Positions 1 through 12,582 of a stretch of DNA of 64,000 nt are shown here, piece by piece (position 1 is the stretch's first letter; each line of letters starts with the position of its first letter). The notes under the pieces were generated by a model. It had not been told where the DNA came from and ran no database searches. It worked only from the letters and a program-made list of their open reading frames with translations. The translations under genes and the position numbers were made by a program. This DNA comes from Octopus vulgaris (Eukaryota): assembly GCA_951406725.2 (NCBI GenBank), contig OX597838.1, forward strand, positions 23,498,001 to 23,562,000, written 5' to 3'.

Positions 1-370
1 TCTTTTACTTGTTTCAGTCATTTGACTGCGGCCATGCTGGAGCACCGCCTTTAGTCGAGCAAATCGACCCTGGGACTTATTCTTTGTAAGCCCAGTACTT
101 ATTCTATCGGTCTCTTTTGCCGAACCGCTAAGTTACGGAGACGTAAACACACCAGCATCGGTTGTCAAGCAATGCGAGGGGGACAAACACACATACACAT
201 ATATATATACATATATTCGACAGGCTTCTTTTAGTTTCCGTCTACCAAATCCACTCACAAGGCATCGGTCGGCCCGGGGCTATAGCAGAAGATACTTGCC
301 CAAGATGCCACGCAGTGGGACTGAACCCGGAACCATGTTGTTGGTTAGCAAGCTACTTACCACACAGCCA
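1..370 (-). mobile_element. tRNA-derived SINE, family A (CORE-like body)
   Basis: Reverse complement of the GGCTGTGTGGTAAG...GGTTCAGTCCC...CTTGGGCAAG...GACTGAAACAAGTAAAAGA unit, which recurs more than 12 times in the window. Confidence 0.9.
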
Positions 371-910
371 GCAGTTTTTTTTAAATTTTTTTTTTTTTTT
401 TAAGATCGGCGGTGTAGAGAATAGAAACTTGCATAGACGGGCAAAACAAATCCTGTCCAGGATAGCGCATACATGAATAACCCTGACCGAAGGTGGGAGG
501 TCGGAGGAGTTTTGGATCAGGACGTCCACATAAGTTGGATAGTTGGATTTTCTCTGAGCTAGAAATGATGTGGAGGAGCGTTTTATAGGAGGATGTTTTT
601 TTCGAAATTTATTTGTTTTCTGTCTCCTGCACATTTATCTCCTACCCCTAGGGTAAATTTAGCACCGTCCCCCTTTTTCTTTAACTACGTACTTAAAAAC
701 GATGGAGGAAACCTTTTGACAAAAAAAATAAATAAATAAGTTTGAAAATATTTTCAGACGAAAAGGCGTGAGACTCAAGTGAGATTTAGCTGTTGTTTCG
801 AGCACATCCTACAACCACCTGTTAACTTCCTGGTTTGTGTATGTGTATGTAAGAAATATTTACTAACAGAAAAGTATGTAGTGGTTAAGTGTGTATGTAA
901 GCAAATACGT

Positions 911-1270
911 GTGGAGGCGCAATGGCCCAGTGGTTAGGGCAGCGGACTCGCGGTTTCGATTCCCAGACCGGGCGTTGTGAGTGTTTATTGAGCGAAAACA
1001 CCTAAAGCTCCACGAGGCTCCGGCAGGGGATGGTGGTGATCCCTGCTGTACTCTTTCACCACAACTTTCTCTCACTCTTACTTCCTGTTTCTGTTGTACC
1101 TGTATGTCACTCTCTGTGTCACGCTGAATATCCCCGAGAACTACGTTAAGGGTACACGTGTCTGTGGAGTGCTCAGCCACTTATTTTACGTTAATTTCAC
1201 GAGCAGGCTGTTCCGTTGATTCGAATCAACCAGAACCCTCGTCGTCGTAACCGACGGAGTGCTTCCATCC
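911..1270 (+). mobile_element. tRNA-derived SINE, family B
   Basis: Head TGGAGGCGCAATGGCCCAGTGGTTAGGGC...GTTTCGATTCCC; 12-bp TSD AAGCAAATACGT (899-910/1271-1282); near-identical copy at 27398. Confidence 0.9.
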
Positions 1271-2065
1271 AAGCAAATACGTAAACCGATTCATGATTGA
1301 AAAGCATTTATTTACAGTGTTGGTTTAGTTATTGGTCACAACATACAAAATGTAGGCAACTGCAACGAGTTGCTAGAATACAGAGTACATATTAGGAATG
1401 AATATATTTGTGTCAGGTGTGTGCGTGTTTCATTCGAAACAGAAGTCTATCGGCACTTCGAACATTTCTCTCTGTCTCTGTAGTCTGCCAAAATCCTTTG
1501 GGTCGTAGATAGATCTATCTCATCTGTCCGCTCCCGTCTCTGCTGCTATTGTCGTCTGCCTGCCTCTCCTGGTTTTATAATATGTGGTAGCTAGAAAGAC
1601 AGACATACCGCAGCAGAGTTTGTACCTAAATAGGTCAGCGCTTGTCCAGTTGAACTTCGCCTGACATGATGAGGTTGCAGGTCAAAGGGAGATGATCAAT
1701 CAATTTTTGACAGGACAAAGGAAACCTTTTTTCGCGCCTGTTGATCGTCGTGGTTTGGACGACCGAGAATTCCTGGATTCGGTTTCGAATCTAGGCTTAC
1801 TTACAAGTATGCTATTAAAGAACATTTTTCTCTTCTTTCTTCTTTCCTTCACGTTTGCGCTGTCTTCGGTTTGGGATTTGTATTTTAATGTGGATTATGT
1901 AACTAAAGTACATGAACTTTTTATGTACGAGAATGAAAAATCCATTTTCTCCCCTCCATACACACGCAAGCATGAATCTGACTCATACACTGTTTACTTT
2001 CCAGACATTTGTACATTACTGCATATGCTTTATACGCACTTTTCACAAGTTGTGGTGCACCTGTA

Positions 2066-2227
2066 TACAGGAGTGGCTGTGTGGTAAGAAGCTAGCTTCC
2101 CAACCACATGGCTCCGGGTTCAGTCCCACAGCGTAGCACCTTCGGCAAGTGTCTTCTACTATAGCCTCAGTCCCACCAAAGCCTTGTGAGCGGATTTGGT
2201 AGACGGAAACTGAAAAGAATCCCGTCG

Positions 2228-2262
<35 letters not shown>

Positions 2263-2500
2263 TTGTGTGTCTGTGTTTGTTTCCCCAAAATTGCTTGACA
2301 ACCGATGCTGGTGTGTTTACGTCCCCGTAACTTAGCGGTTCGGCAAAAGAGACCGATAGAATAAGTACTAGGCTAACAAAGAATAAGTCCTGGGGTCGAT
2401 TTGCTCGACTAAAGGCGGTGCTCCAGGATGGCCGCAGTCAAATGACTGAAACAAGTAAAAGAGTAAAGCCGCAGTCAAATGACTGAAACAAGTAAAAGAG

Positions 2501-2501
<1 letters not shown>
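2066..2501 (+). mobile_element. SINE family A with duplicated 3' tail
   Basis: Full unit; GCCGCAGTCAAATGACTGAAACAAGTAAAAGAGTA present twice. Confidence 0.9.
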
Positions 2502-2531
<30 letters not shown>

Positions 2532-2702
2532 TGTAGTTTAAAATCTATAAACGGAAATGACATTTCAGGTTTTGATGACGAAGCAAAATTTTAGGGTTTT
2601 TTGAAATTGGTTAGTCTTATTTTTTTTAGTAGCTTGCTATGGGTCAAAGGGAGAAGATAATATGAATAAATTAACAAAGTATTACAAAATATAACTATAT
2701 GG

Positions 2703-3456
2703 GCACAGGTGTGGCTTTATGGTAGAAAGCTTCCTTCCTAACCACATGGTTCCAAGTTCAGTCCCTCCGTGTGGCACATTGGGCAAATGTCTTCTATAGC
2801 CTGGGGCCGACCAAAGTCTTGTGAGTGGATTTGGTCGATGGAGAATGAAAGAAGCCCCTCGTACATATGTGTGTGTATCTTTGCGTCTGTGTTTGTCCAC
2901 CCCCCACCGCCTGACAGTCCCCCCAAAACTTAGCGGTTCGGCAAAAGAAACCGATAGAGTAAGTACCAGGCTTTAAAAAATACGAGTACTGGAGTTGATT
3001 CATTCGACAAGAAATCCTCAAAGCAGTGCTCCAGCATGGCCGCAGCCTAATGACTGAAACAAGTAGAAGATAAAAGATAGGCATGGCTGTGTGATAAGAA
3101 GCTTGCTTCCCAACCAAATGGTCTTGGGTTCAGTCCCACTGCGTGGTACTTTGGACAAGTGTCTTCTACTATAGCCTCGGGCTGACCGAAGCCCCTTGTG
3201 AGCTGATTTGGTAGACGGAAACTGAAAGAAGCCTGTTGTATATGTATATGTTCGTATGTCTGTTTGTCCACTCCCCTCCCCCATTGCTTGACAACCGATG
3301 TTGGTATGGTTACATTCCTGTAACTTGGCGGCTCGGCAAAAGGGTACGATAGAATAAGTACTCGGCTTACAAAGAATAAGTCGTGGGGTCGATTTGTTCG
3401 ACTAAAGGCGGTGCTCCAGCATGGCCGCAGTCAAATGACTGAAACAAATAAAAGAA
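2703..3456 (+). mobile_element. Two adjacent diverged SINE family A copies (~2703-3075, ~3079-3456)
   Basis: Both carry the head, CORE-like TTGGRCAARTGTCTTC motif and GCTCCAGCATGGCCGCAG tail. Confidence 0.85.
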
Positions 3457-5592
3457 TATTGCGCAGAAAAGAAAAAGAAAGTCCCTTGGACATCATGATT
3501 TGAACCTGAAATCTTTTTTTCACTTATTCGTTGTATAGGGTAAAGAAATGTGGAAGTGTAAAGTTTGTTTTTAACAATAGACTCAACCCCATAACCCATT
3601 ATTTGAAGAATTCTTTGGCTATAATGGTTTCGCCAGGCCAACACCCAAAATAGAAATAAAAATTTGCGAACTTAAAAGGAATCGTGAAAATAAATCTAGA
3701 AGGTACGACAAAGATGTATCTTGACACGTCTTTTTATGTACCCCACGTTTTGTGTTGACTGTCCTTGCGATGTCCCCCTCTATTTTGATGCGATAAGCAC
3801 AACGGGGATTAAGAACTGTGGAAGGTTGACTTGGACAAGGAAAGGCTCCCACGGAATATGGATTTCATAGAACTGAAAAAGAAATATAACATAGACATCA
3901 GAATGACCGCAGCTCTAAGCTGAAACAAGAAGAAAAAAATAATAATGGAGAGCAGGAGAAAGGAAGCAAGTGATGTCAGTTGATGGGGCAGGTAACACCA
4001 TTTTCATTTTAACATTTTTTTTTTCATCTTTCATTGTATCATACGTTTCATTGTGTTTATGAAAAAACCCCAAAAAAAGAGTAAAACTATAGATGCAAAG
4101 AGACTAAAAACCCGGATTATAAAACGGACAGTAAGAACGTTTAAATGGTACCGCATGTGAGTGGGGCGCATGCAGCCATTTCATTTCCATCAATTTTATT
4201 GTACGTATTACCATTTTTCGTTTTGCATGTTTTTGTCTGCACTGTGCAGACGTCTAATTTTCTGACGCTGCAACATAGTAACCACTGTTACCATATTTTT
4301 TTTTAAAATCTTTTCTATAACAATGACTGTATAGGTAGATGACTTCATGTATACCATTTCTTTAAGTTTTGGCTATTATGGCAACATTTTAAAGCGTAGT
4401 TCTTTAAAATTGGGCTATACTTTTCTTTTGTAGGTGAAAATGAACCGAGGTGTCTCTGAACTATTCCTGCTACCTAACGCGTAGACGTTATCAAGAATTT
4501 TTTCCCTGTAACATTACAGTTGCTACAAGCTTGCTCTAATTTCTTCACCTACACTTTACTCTGGCTATGAATGCATAAACTGATTTCAAACGAGATGAAT
4601 TTTCTCGTATCAATATCGACTCAACACTTTGATCTAAAAACACATCATTTACTTCACCAAGTCCATTAATGTGAACAACCCGACTAAACAGGTCTTGGTT
4701 TCTTGTCTGTAACTTAACTGAACAGTAGAAATGAAATTGGTCGTTTGAAAACCAAAACCTTGGAATTTCCAAATATATACTGCTTACGTTTTGTCCAGAT
4801 TTTATTTTTATCAAAAGCAACGAAACTCAAGTTACATCTTCAGCTGGGATTATATCGATACTTTTTTTTCCTTGCATATCGGTATTTTTGTCTGCCGTTC
4901 ACTTGGAGAAACTTCGCAACCAAATAATTGACATCACTTCATTTTTGATGATTGGACGTGAAGCCTTCCTTTTTAAGGTAGTTTGCTGACAACTATAAAA
5001 GGCTTCGACGTAAAGCTTTCATCCAACAGGTTATAATCACGAGATACAGTAATAAAACGACTTAGCATTGGCCACCAATGTGCGTTCATAACTTTTGTGT
5101 CGGTCAGTGATAGAGGATTTCCTTTTATTATATAAGGACTGGCCATTGTACCTGAATGCTTTGCGAGTGATATCTTAGCGATATCGTCCTTCATCTCATC
5201 TATTTTTTTTATTCAACAGTTGTTCATGGAACAGGTAGCCAGCCATCAAAATGGCCGAGTGTTCGACATTTGCTGACACCATCAGATCTTCTCGTCTTTT
5301 CAAAATAAGTTAACTTTTTGAAATTCAAATGAATCACTGGATCATATTTTGCGAAGAAAAATTCGAATAAACGCCTGACAACCCATCTTCATATCTTCCA
5401 TTTATCTTCTGGAAGAGGATTTAAATGCTCGGCTTTGCAATGAAATCATGGGTCTATGTTTCTTGCGATTTGTAATTAAGACTTGCATATTTTGCATCAC
5501 ACTTGAGCGCGACTCTCAATGCTAGAACTGTTCTCGACCACGTACGTAAAAAAAACAACCTATTTGTCAGATAAGTTGCCCAGTCTTACTGG

Positions 5593-8500
5593 CTCATTTT
5601 ACAACAAATTGTGCTCCTTTTACTGTTACTAACACTGCATTTATTTCTCTACCACTAACAGTCTCTCGGCCCTTTTCGATCTTTAACTGACACATCTCCA
5701 CCCTTGTCTAACCTCAGTGATAAGTTTTTTCTGTCTCTCAAATTACAAGGTTTTGGTTGTTTTTTTTGGTGGGGTCGATTTTTAAAAATCAATGGCAGAA
5801 TTGCCAAGACCTCAGGCCAAATGCCTTGCTGTGTTCGTCTCATCTTTTTACGTTTTGCGATCAAACTCCTCCTTCTCCGCTATTGCACACTTAGGCGGTG
5901 GAACTCGTTACAGGTTTTAACATTATAACCCGTCATCTTTGAAAGGGATCCACACTGCTGCAAGCATTCTAGCTAGGTTTTTGGCTTGAGGATATCTTCC
6001 TCTGTCCCTCCTACCAATCTTGGAGGCCTTGGAACTGGTCATGTGCGCTACTTGCACTCCTGTCGAAAAGAGAAAAAAAAGATAAAAGCCATGTAATATT
6101 TGTAATTTATACAGCTTTTATTTCCAGTTCGAAAAGCCTCGCACTGTCAGTATTTTACTATTTTTATTTTACTTTTTTTTTTTTTTTTTTTTTTTGCTAG
6201 CCATTCAAAAATAAGTTTGGTCATGATCTTATTAGATTTTGAAAAACTTTTCTTTGAGTCCCTGGTCGAACAAATTTATGATGAAATGTGTTCCAGCCAT
6301 GTTTGTTTCTCTTTGCTGTCAAAGCAGTAATTTGGTTGTTTTTTTTTTGTTTTTTTTAGCTTTTTTAAAACCCTAGGCTTCAAATTCTAGCTGGTCGACC
6401 ATTCAAAATTTCCCAAAAGATTGGTCGATTTGTATAAAATATCAAAAGATCGGGGTGGGTGGGGATATCAAGCAAATTACCAACGTTGATTCCGACTCTA
6501 CTTTCGAGATTTGAAAGATTTCTAGTCTTACAAACATTAAAAAAGACCCCTTCAACCATAATCAACATCACTAAATTTTGTCATTGAATAGAACATGGTT
6601 TGCTGACGTGGTCGAAAAAAACCTCAGCAAACTGTCTATTGGCATTTGTGATGGAAATCCGTGTCCGGAAAAAGAAAACGCTCGTTGAGTTTCGAGACAA
6701 GATCTACTCCAGTCTAAATTGTCCAATATTTTCCAGAAATCTCAACTGATTTGACTGGAATTATCTCCGTTGCTTGATCTTGATCTTTAAATACTCTAAG
6801 AACAGACTTCTTTTTGCATAATCTCAGTTAATCAGATTTGTCTTAAATTACATAAAACGCTGCATTTCCAAAAATGTTTCCTCTTCATGCTAAGAGCAAT
6901 TTTTTTTTTTCCATAATCATAGGTATTTTGATATCTAAATTAATTACAGAATAAATTCAGGACTGCTGGCATTGGTAATTTTGATTTCTATTCAAGATTA
7001 GACTTAATATCCTTTGACCGTAAGGATTCTCGTCAGGAATATCTTGGTCTGCTATTTTTCTAGGAAAAATACTTAGCAACATTCTGTCCGTCTTCACTTT
7101 CGGAGTTGAAATTCCGTGGAGGTCGACACTGCCTTTCATCCTTCCGGGATAGATAAAATAAATACCAGTCGAACTCTGGGATGATTAAATCGACTTTTCT
7201 CTTGCCCCGAAATTGCTAGCCTTACACCAAAATTTGAAACCAATATTCTTTAATAAATCGGTTTATTTTATTTTTTATTAGCTCAACATAAATTTTAATA
7301 CATTTACTGGATACTAGATGGTTTCCGTGTTGAAGCTCCTATGAGCTTGTTTCACAGGTCCTTTTCCACTAGTACAATTTGTCATGTGTAGTACAACACT
7401 TCGACAGTTGTTTTAATCTTGGAAATATTTTCCTTATTCTAAGCATCTTTTAGTAACTTAGTAGCAATATGCAATGTTCATTGGTAACAGATGTGAAAAT
7501 GCTTTTCGTGTCTTTACTCAAGACAAGTTCATTCAGAGAAGCAAACACTTACGTTGTAACAATTTCATTTTGGTTTCTAATTACCTTAATACCAATTGCA
7601 AGCTTCTGTGTTATTTCTTAGATATGTTGACGTATTCTTAGACATGCAGTTCGAAGTGTTAGTTTGTATTCTTTAGATTAGAGTTGTCTCTGGCCCTCAA
7701 CTTTCTTTTGAATCATGGGTATGTCCTCTTAACTGTACTGTATACTAGTTTTTCTTCGACTGTCTTGGCTACGTGTCACAGCTTCTGTCTTCTAACGATT
7801 TGCCTGTCTGAATTTTGCTGTTGTTAGTCCATTCGTTGTTTCTCTGACCCTTTTTTTTTATACCTCCTGAATGTTTTCCGTCCTACGTTTCATGTGGTCG
7901 TTTGGGAGTATTCATTTACATCGTAATCAGATTTCGTCATTTCTCTTGGTCTTCTGTTTGAGACTGCAAAATTGAAGTCTGTGAACTCTCTCAATCCGGA
8001 CGACGATCGTTCCGGCATGGAGTCTTATCTGGTTGTCGTCATGAATGTGTGTACACGTTAGCTGTATCATGAGCAAATTATCAATGTTTCGCCCATTCCT
8101 CTTCAAGCTGTTGGCCATAGCCGTATTCTTCTACTTGAGCCACTTCTTCGCCCCGAGCGCTAAACTGTTTGTAGTGTGATGGAGGAAAAGGACAACAGAA
8201 AAAAAGAAGCAAACGGGATAAAGATATACAAAAGGCCTTACCTGTTGACCTCGGCGGAATGAGCGATCACACTGAAGAAATAAACACGTCTTTCCTCGCT
8301 GCCTGTTTCTTTATTACCCATAAAGGGCTACACAGAATGGACAGTACAAACATTGGGGACACAAAACATCACAATATGGATAAATGAATTATGAAAATGA
8401 TAGGTGAAAGCGATGCCAACGGCCCCATCCGCTAGCATCACTTACCTGTCCTTCAGTCGTCAGTCCCAAACAAATACCCTTTGCTCAGTCCCAATATAAT

Positions 8501-9714
8501 ATACCTCCATCTCTATCCTTCTCTCGAACCTCTCTTCCAATTCCTTCACCGTCTCTTCATCCATTTTCACTTTAAATATTTCCCAGTCCTCCCTTTCACA
8601 CCTTTCCATAAACTCATCTACTTGTTCCTTTGCAATTACTGCGTATCTACTCCATCCCTTATCACACCATTGGTAGTATACCATTGTCTTTTTTATCTCC
8701 TCCTTCCCTGCAATACATAAAATGTTGGGCCTAGGTTCTTTTTTTTTGGTGTCTTGGCTGTGTGTATCTTTTGACCATAACGATTCCTGTGAGGAATATC
8801 TCAGTCTGATAAAATTTTCTTCATGCGTTGACTCAATGTGGATGTACAGATATAAATCTGAGAATTTTATTGAACGTTATTTTTATGTTGGTCAAAAGTT
8901 GAGGCAATGGCTGTGACATTTTAGTTGCACTAAAATAAGATGTCGTCCCGAGTGAATCAGAATGTTCTAATTCAGAATTGATGGCCTTGAGATAGTTGTT
9001 GAAGAGTTTTTGTGGGGCCCTCAGGTTAATTCGTAAGCAGCTTTTTAGAGGTATTCCAGCTGTGATCATTGTTTTAAATGGACCACATTCTCCAAAGAGT
9101 GCTTTCATTATTTAAACACAACGAAAGTAAAATTTGAATGGAATTTGGCTGCTATTCCAAGCATATCAGCTAATCTTCACGAGTGGTTGTGAGTTAGTGG
9201 TTGTAGCGTGTTGGTGAGTGAATTGTTACCGCAAGCTGCTGCAATGATCTTATTTTTGATCCATTCAAATGTTCTATGTATAATATGTATAGTAGCAACA
9301 CTATTGTCTTTGCATATATGGGTAGTAGCTGTTTGACTAGGCCTTTCTATATATGTCATCAAGCAGTGTATTACTTGTTCGTCGGAAAGATTGTCTATTT
9401 TCGTGCTTACTGTAGCATTCAGGCAATAACTGATGACTTTTCAGACATTTCTTTTTAAGAGTATCCTGGTGTAGAGTTGGTTAGGTGAGATATGTGCATG
9501 ATTTGGTAGAATATCCTGTTATCTTTCAACGGCTTTAAATGCTAGGGTGAAATATTGGAACTTGAACGAAAATTTTCTGTAGTCTAGTGTCATGATGGCA
9601 CTCACTGGCAATTCCAAGCACATTCTCTGTTGGAGAACTGCATAGATCGAAAAACTAAACCTGGAAATTGTTTCTGCTAATTTCCATGCTCATGTAAGTG
9701 AAACATATGAGATA
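5593..9714. repeat. Old tandem duplication, unit 1 (resumes at 20356-20744 after the Helitron/Tx1 insertion)
   Basis: Collinear diverged matches to 20745-23845, e.g. 5660/20815, 5941/21106, 7620/21150, 9060/22440, 9465/23265. Confidence 0.8.
8305..8715 (-). mobile_element. 5'-truncated ORF1-only Tx1-related retroelement (3' end)
   Basis: Acidic ORF end (8460-8684), CAGGTAAGT plus 15-bp hairpin, and GGGTAATAAAGAAA tail, all homologous to 9976-10200. Confidence 0.7.
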
Positions 9715-10200
9715 CTAGTAGTATTGCCCGGCTCAACGGGGATTTCAGGGGAGAGTTTCAGGGAGTCGCTGACGATGTATCGTGATGATCAAAAATCCGG
9801 CCTGCTAAAATTTGGTTAAAGTGATTCAAACTGCAGACTCAACGCTAAATGGTCACATTTAATTCAAAGTGTTAAAAATGTTATGAAAACAATTGGTATG
9901 CGTTCACAAAGTCCAAACGATTAATACGAAAAAACCCTCCAGGCTACATCCCGAAACTTCATTTCTTCGAATTTCTATTTCTTTATTACCCACTAGGGGC
10001 GACACAGAACGTACAGAACAAGACATTGGGGACATAGAACATTACAATTAAAAGTATGGAGAATGAATTTTTTTAATGAAAATGATATGGAAGTGATGCT
10101 GACGGCCCCATCCGCCAGCACCACTTACCTGTCCTTCATAACCCATCGTCATTTATCATCTATCAAAAGCCCATCTTTTCTTATCATTTTCTCACTTAAC

Positions 10201-10817
10201 CGCAGGAGTGGCTGTGTGGTAAGTAGCTTGCTAACCAACTACATGGTTCCGGGTTCAGTCCCACTGCGTGGCACCTTGGGCAAGTGTCTTCTGCTATAGC
10301 CCCGGGCCGACCAATGCCTTGTGAGTGGATTTGGTAGACGGAAATTGAAGGAAGCCTGTCGTGTATGTGTATATATATATATATATATTATATATTATAT
10401 TATATATTATATTATATTATATATTATATTATATATTATATTATATATTATATATTATATTATATTATATATTATATTATATTATATATTATAATATATT
10501 ATATATTATATATTATATTATATATTATATTATATTATATATTATAATATATTATATATTATATATTATATATTATATTATATATTATATTATATATTAT
10601 ATATTATATTATATATATATGTGTTTGTTTGTCCCCCTACCATTGCTTGACAGCCGATGCTAGTGTGTTTGCGTTCCCGTCACTTAGCGGTTCGGCAAAA
10701 GAGACCGATAGAATAAGTACTGGGCTTACAAAGAATAAGTCCCGGGGTCGATTTGCTCGACTAAAGGCGGTGCTCCAGCATGGCCGCAGTCAAATGACTG
10801 AAACAAGTAAAAGAGTA
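10201..10817 (+). mobile_element. SINE family A with ~250-bp internal AT microsatellite, nested in the ORF1-only element
   Basis: Head at 10201, tail at 10817, (TATTA/ATATT)n at ~10370-10620. Confidence 0.9.
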
Positions 10818-11536
10818 ACCTTTCATACTCTTTTATCCTCTCATCCGAAAATGTCACCTTAATCACTTTTATACCCTCATTTACACACATCATCATTGTG
10901 TCCATTACTTCACCTGCCATCACCATGTAACTCCCATCTTCTCTCTCATACCATGCATCTTTACCAAAGATTCTTTACGAATTCTCATTGTCTTCCTTTT
11001 TTACAAAACATAAAATATGGGACTTGGGATTTTGTTTACTTTGTGTGTCATTATTTTTTGGTTTTCTTGTAGGCGGGGAGTGGGTGGGATCTTTGTTTGC
11101 AGGGGAAGGATGGGGCTCAGAGGGTGCGGGTGGTGTTGGGGTTCCACATAGTTCGATTTTTCTTTTTCTTTTTTTCCTTACATTCTCCCATTTCGTCTGG
11201 CCTTCCTTCTCCTCCTCCGTTTCTTCCTCCTCAGCTTTTTCCTGCTCCACCTCCTCCTTTTCCTGGTTTACAGTTTCTTCTTGTGGGGGGAGGGCAGTAG
11301 GCTCTTATGTGGGCCCCTCAGGCCACACTTATAGCACCTTGGTGCTCTGCCCTCCACCCACACACTCTCATTACTATATTCCCCAAGATTATGTTCTCCG
11401 CCATCTTTTCTAGTGCACCCTCCTCTGCTTGAACGCTCATCTCTAGCGTTTTGCCACGTAAACCTTCATTTTTTTTTTTTACGGTCGCTTGCAAAATGTC
11501 CGTCTCTTCTTCCACATCTTTTATAATCGCCGTGAC

Positions 11537-11623
11537 GATTGGTTAAAGTGATTGGTTAAAGTGATTGATTGGGTTAAAGTGATTGGGTTAAAGTGATTGG
11601 GTTAAAGTGATTGGGTTAAAGTG
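11537..11623. repeat. 13-14-bp minisatellite (GATTGGGTTAAAGT, ~6 copies)
   Basis: Direct tandem copies interrupting ORF1 of the ORF1-only element. Confidence 0.9.
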
Positions 11624-12582
11624 AATCGCCCATTCACCCTCTGTGTGTGTGGGGGGGAATCCCTTCAACTCTTATTCTATTTATTCTTTGGTTCATGTAG
11701 GATGGTAATAATATTACTTTTTCAGTTTTTATTGTCTTCGTTGCCATTTTCTTTGCTATATTTTTGTTTCCAAACTGCACTATTATAGTTCCGAACTCGT
11801 TTCCTCTTGTCATGAATGTGATTTCTTCCTCCTCCTCTCTCCTTAGCGCCTCCTCAATATCTTTCATTTTTATCATTTCTACTTTCTTATTTTCTTTTCC
11901 ATATGTCCGGTATTTTATAATTCTCTTCATAAACCATTCTTCGCGTTTCTCTGGAAGTAGTTTTACCTCGCCACCTTCTTTGGTTATGTAAGCTTGAAAA
12001 CCTGGCAATTTTTCTAGGTTTATCTCTTTTTTTCCTCTGCTGCTCCAGCGTACGTTTTCCCGGCTTTAATATCCATATTATTCACAGCGCCGATCAGCTC
12101 GTCCTCAGAGGTCGATGCTTCTGACAAGGTCTCGAATAACCATTCCTCCTCCGACTCTTCCATTAGGGAGGGGTCGTCCATATCCTTTTGTCTGTCTCAC
12201 CACAGACAGACAACGGCCGCCAGAGCAGAAACAGTACAACAAGAAACCGTATCAACAAACGTACAATAACAATAACAATTTTTGCAACTTACAATTCCAG
12301 GAGCGTTCAAAAACAACCGACGTTCTCAAAAATTCTTTGCCGAATTTCTAATTCTTTATTATCCACTAGGGGCGACACAGAAATGAACATTACAATCACG
12401 AATGATCATACATTAAAATGCTATATTTGGGGTCAATTAACATTTTTTTTTCTTTTGTGATACATAAAATTCGAATGAAATTACAGAGACAGTTTAACAA
12501 AATTGACGAATGCAGTGGGGCGGGTCCGCGGACCGCACGCTCCCCGCCACGACACTTAGCCTTGTGATTTTCTTTCACAGGT

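Larger units (their letters stand above)
9976..12348 (-). mobile_element. ORF1-only (HAL1-like) Tx1-related element, apparently full length
   Basis: ATG at 12181; frameshifted ORF1 (11634-12008, 11318-11515, 10975-11250) with CYKCG zinc-knuckle start; no endonuclease or RT; ends in GCCCCTAGTGGGTAATAAAGAAATA. Confidence 0.8.

Noticed and set aside
353-634. 93-aa minus-strand ORF, possibly a Tx1 ORF1 C-terminus
   Set aside because: Similarity is too weak to call by eye and no tail is visible.
911-975. tRNA gene
   Set aside because: SINE head with A/B-box-like motifs; no complete cloverleaf, and it continues into a multicopy body.
1681-1806. Possible plus-strand exon (TTGCAG|...|GTATGC)
   Set aside because: Weak polypyrimidine tract and donor, no recognisable peptide, no partner exons.
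162-3284. Recurrent ORFs such as ...AIVEDTCPRCHAVGLNPEPCG and ...LPKVPRSGTEPGTMWLVSKLL
   Set aside because: Antisense translations of SINE family A.
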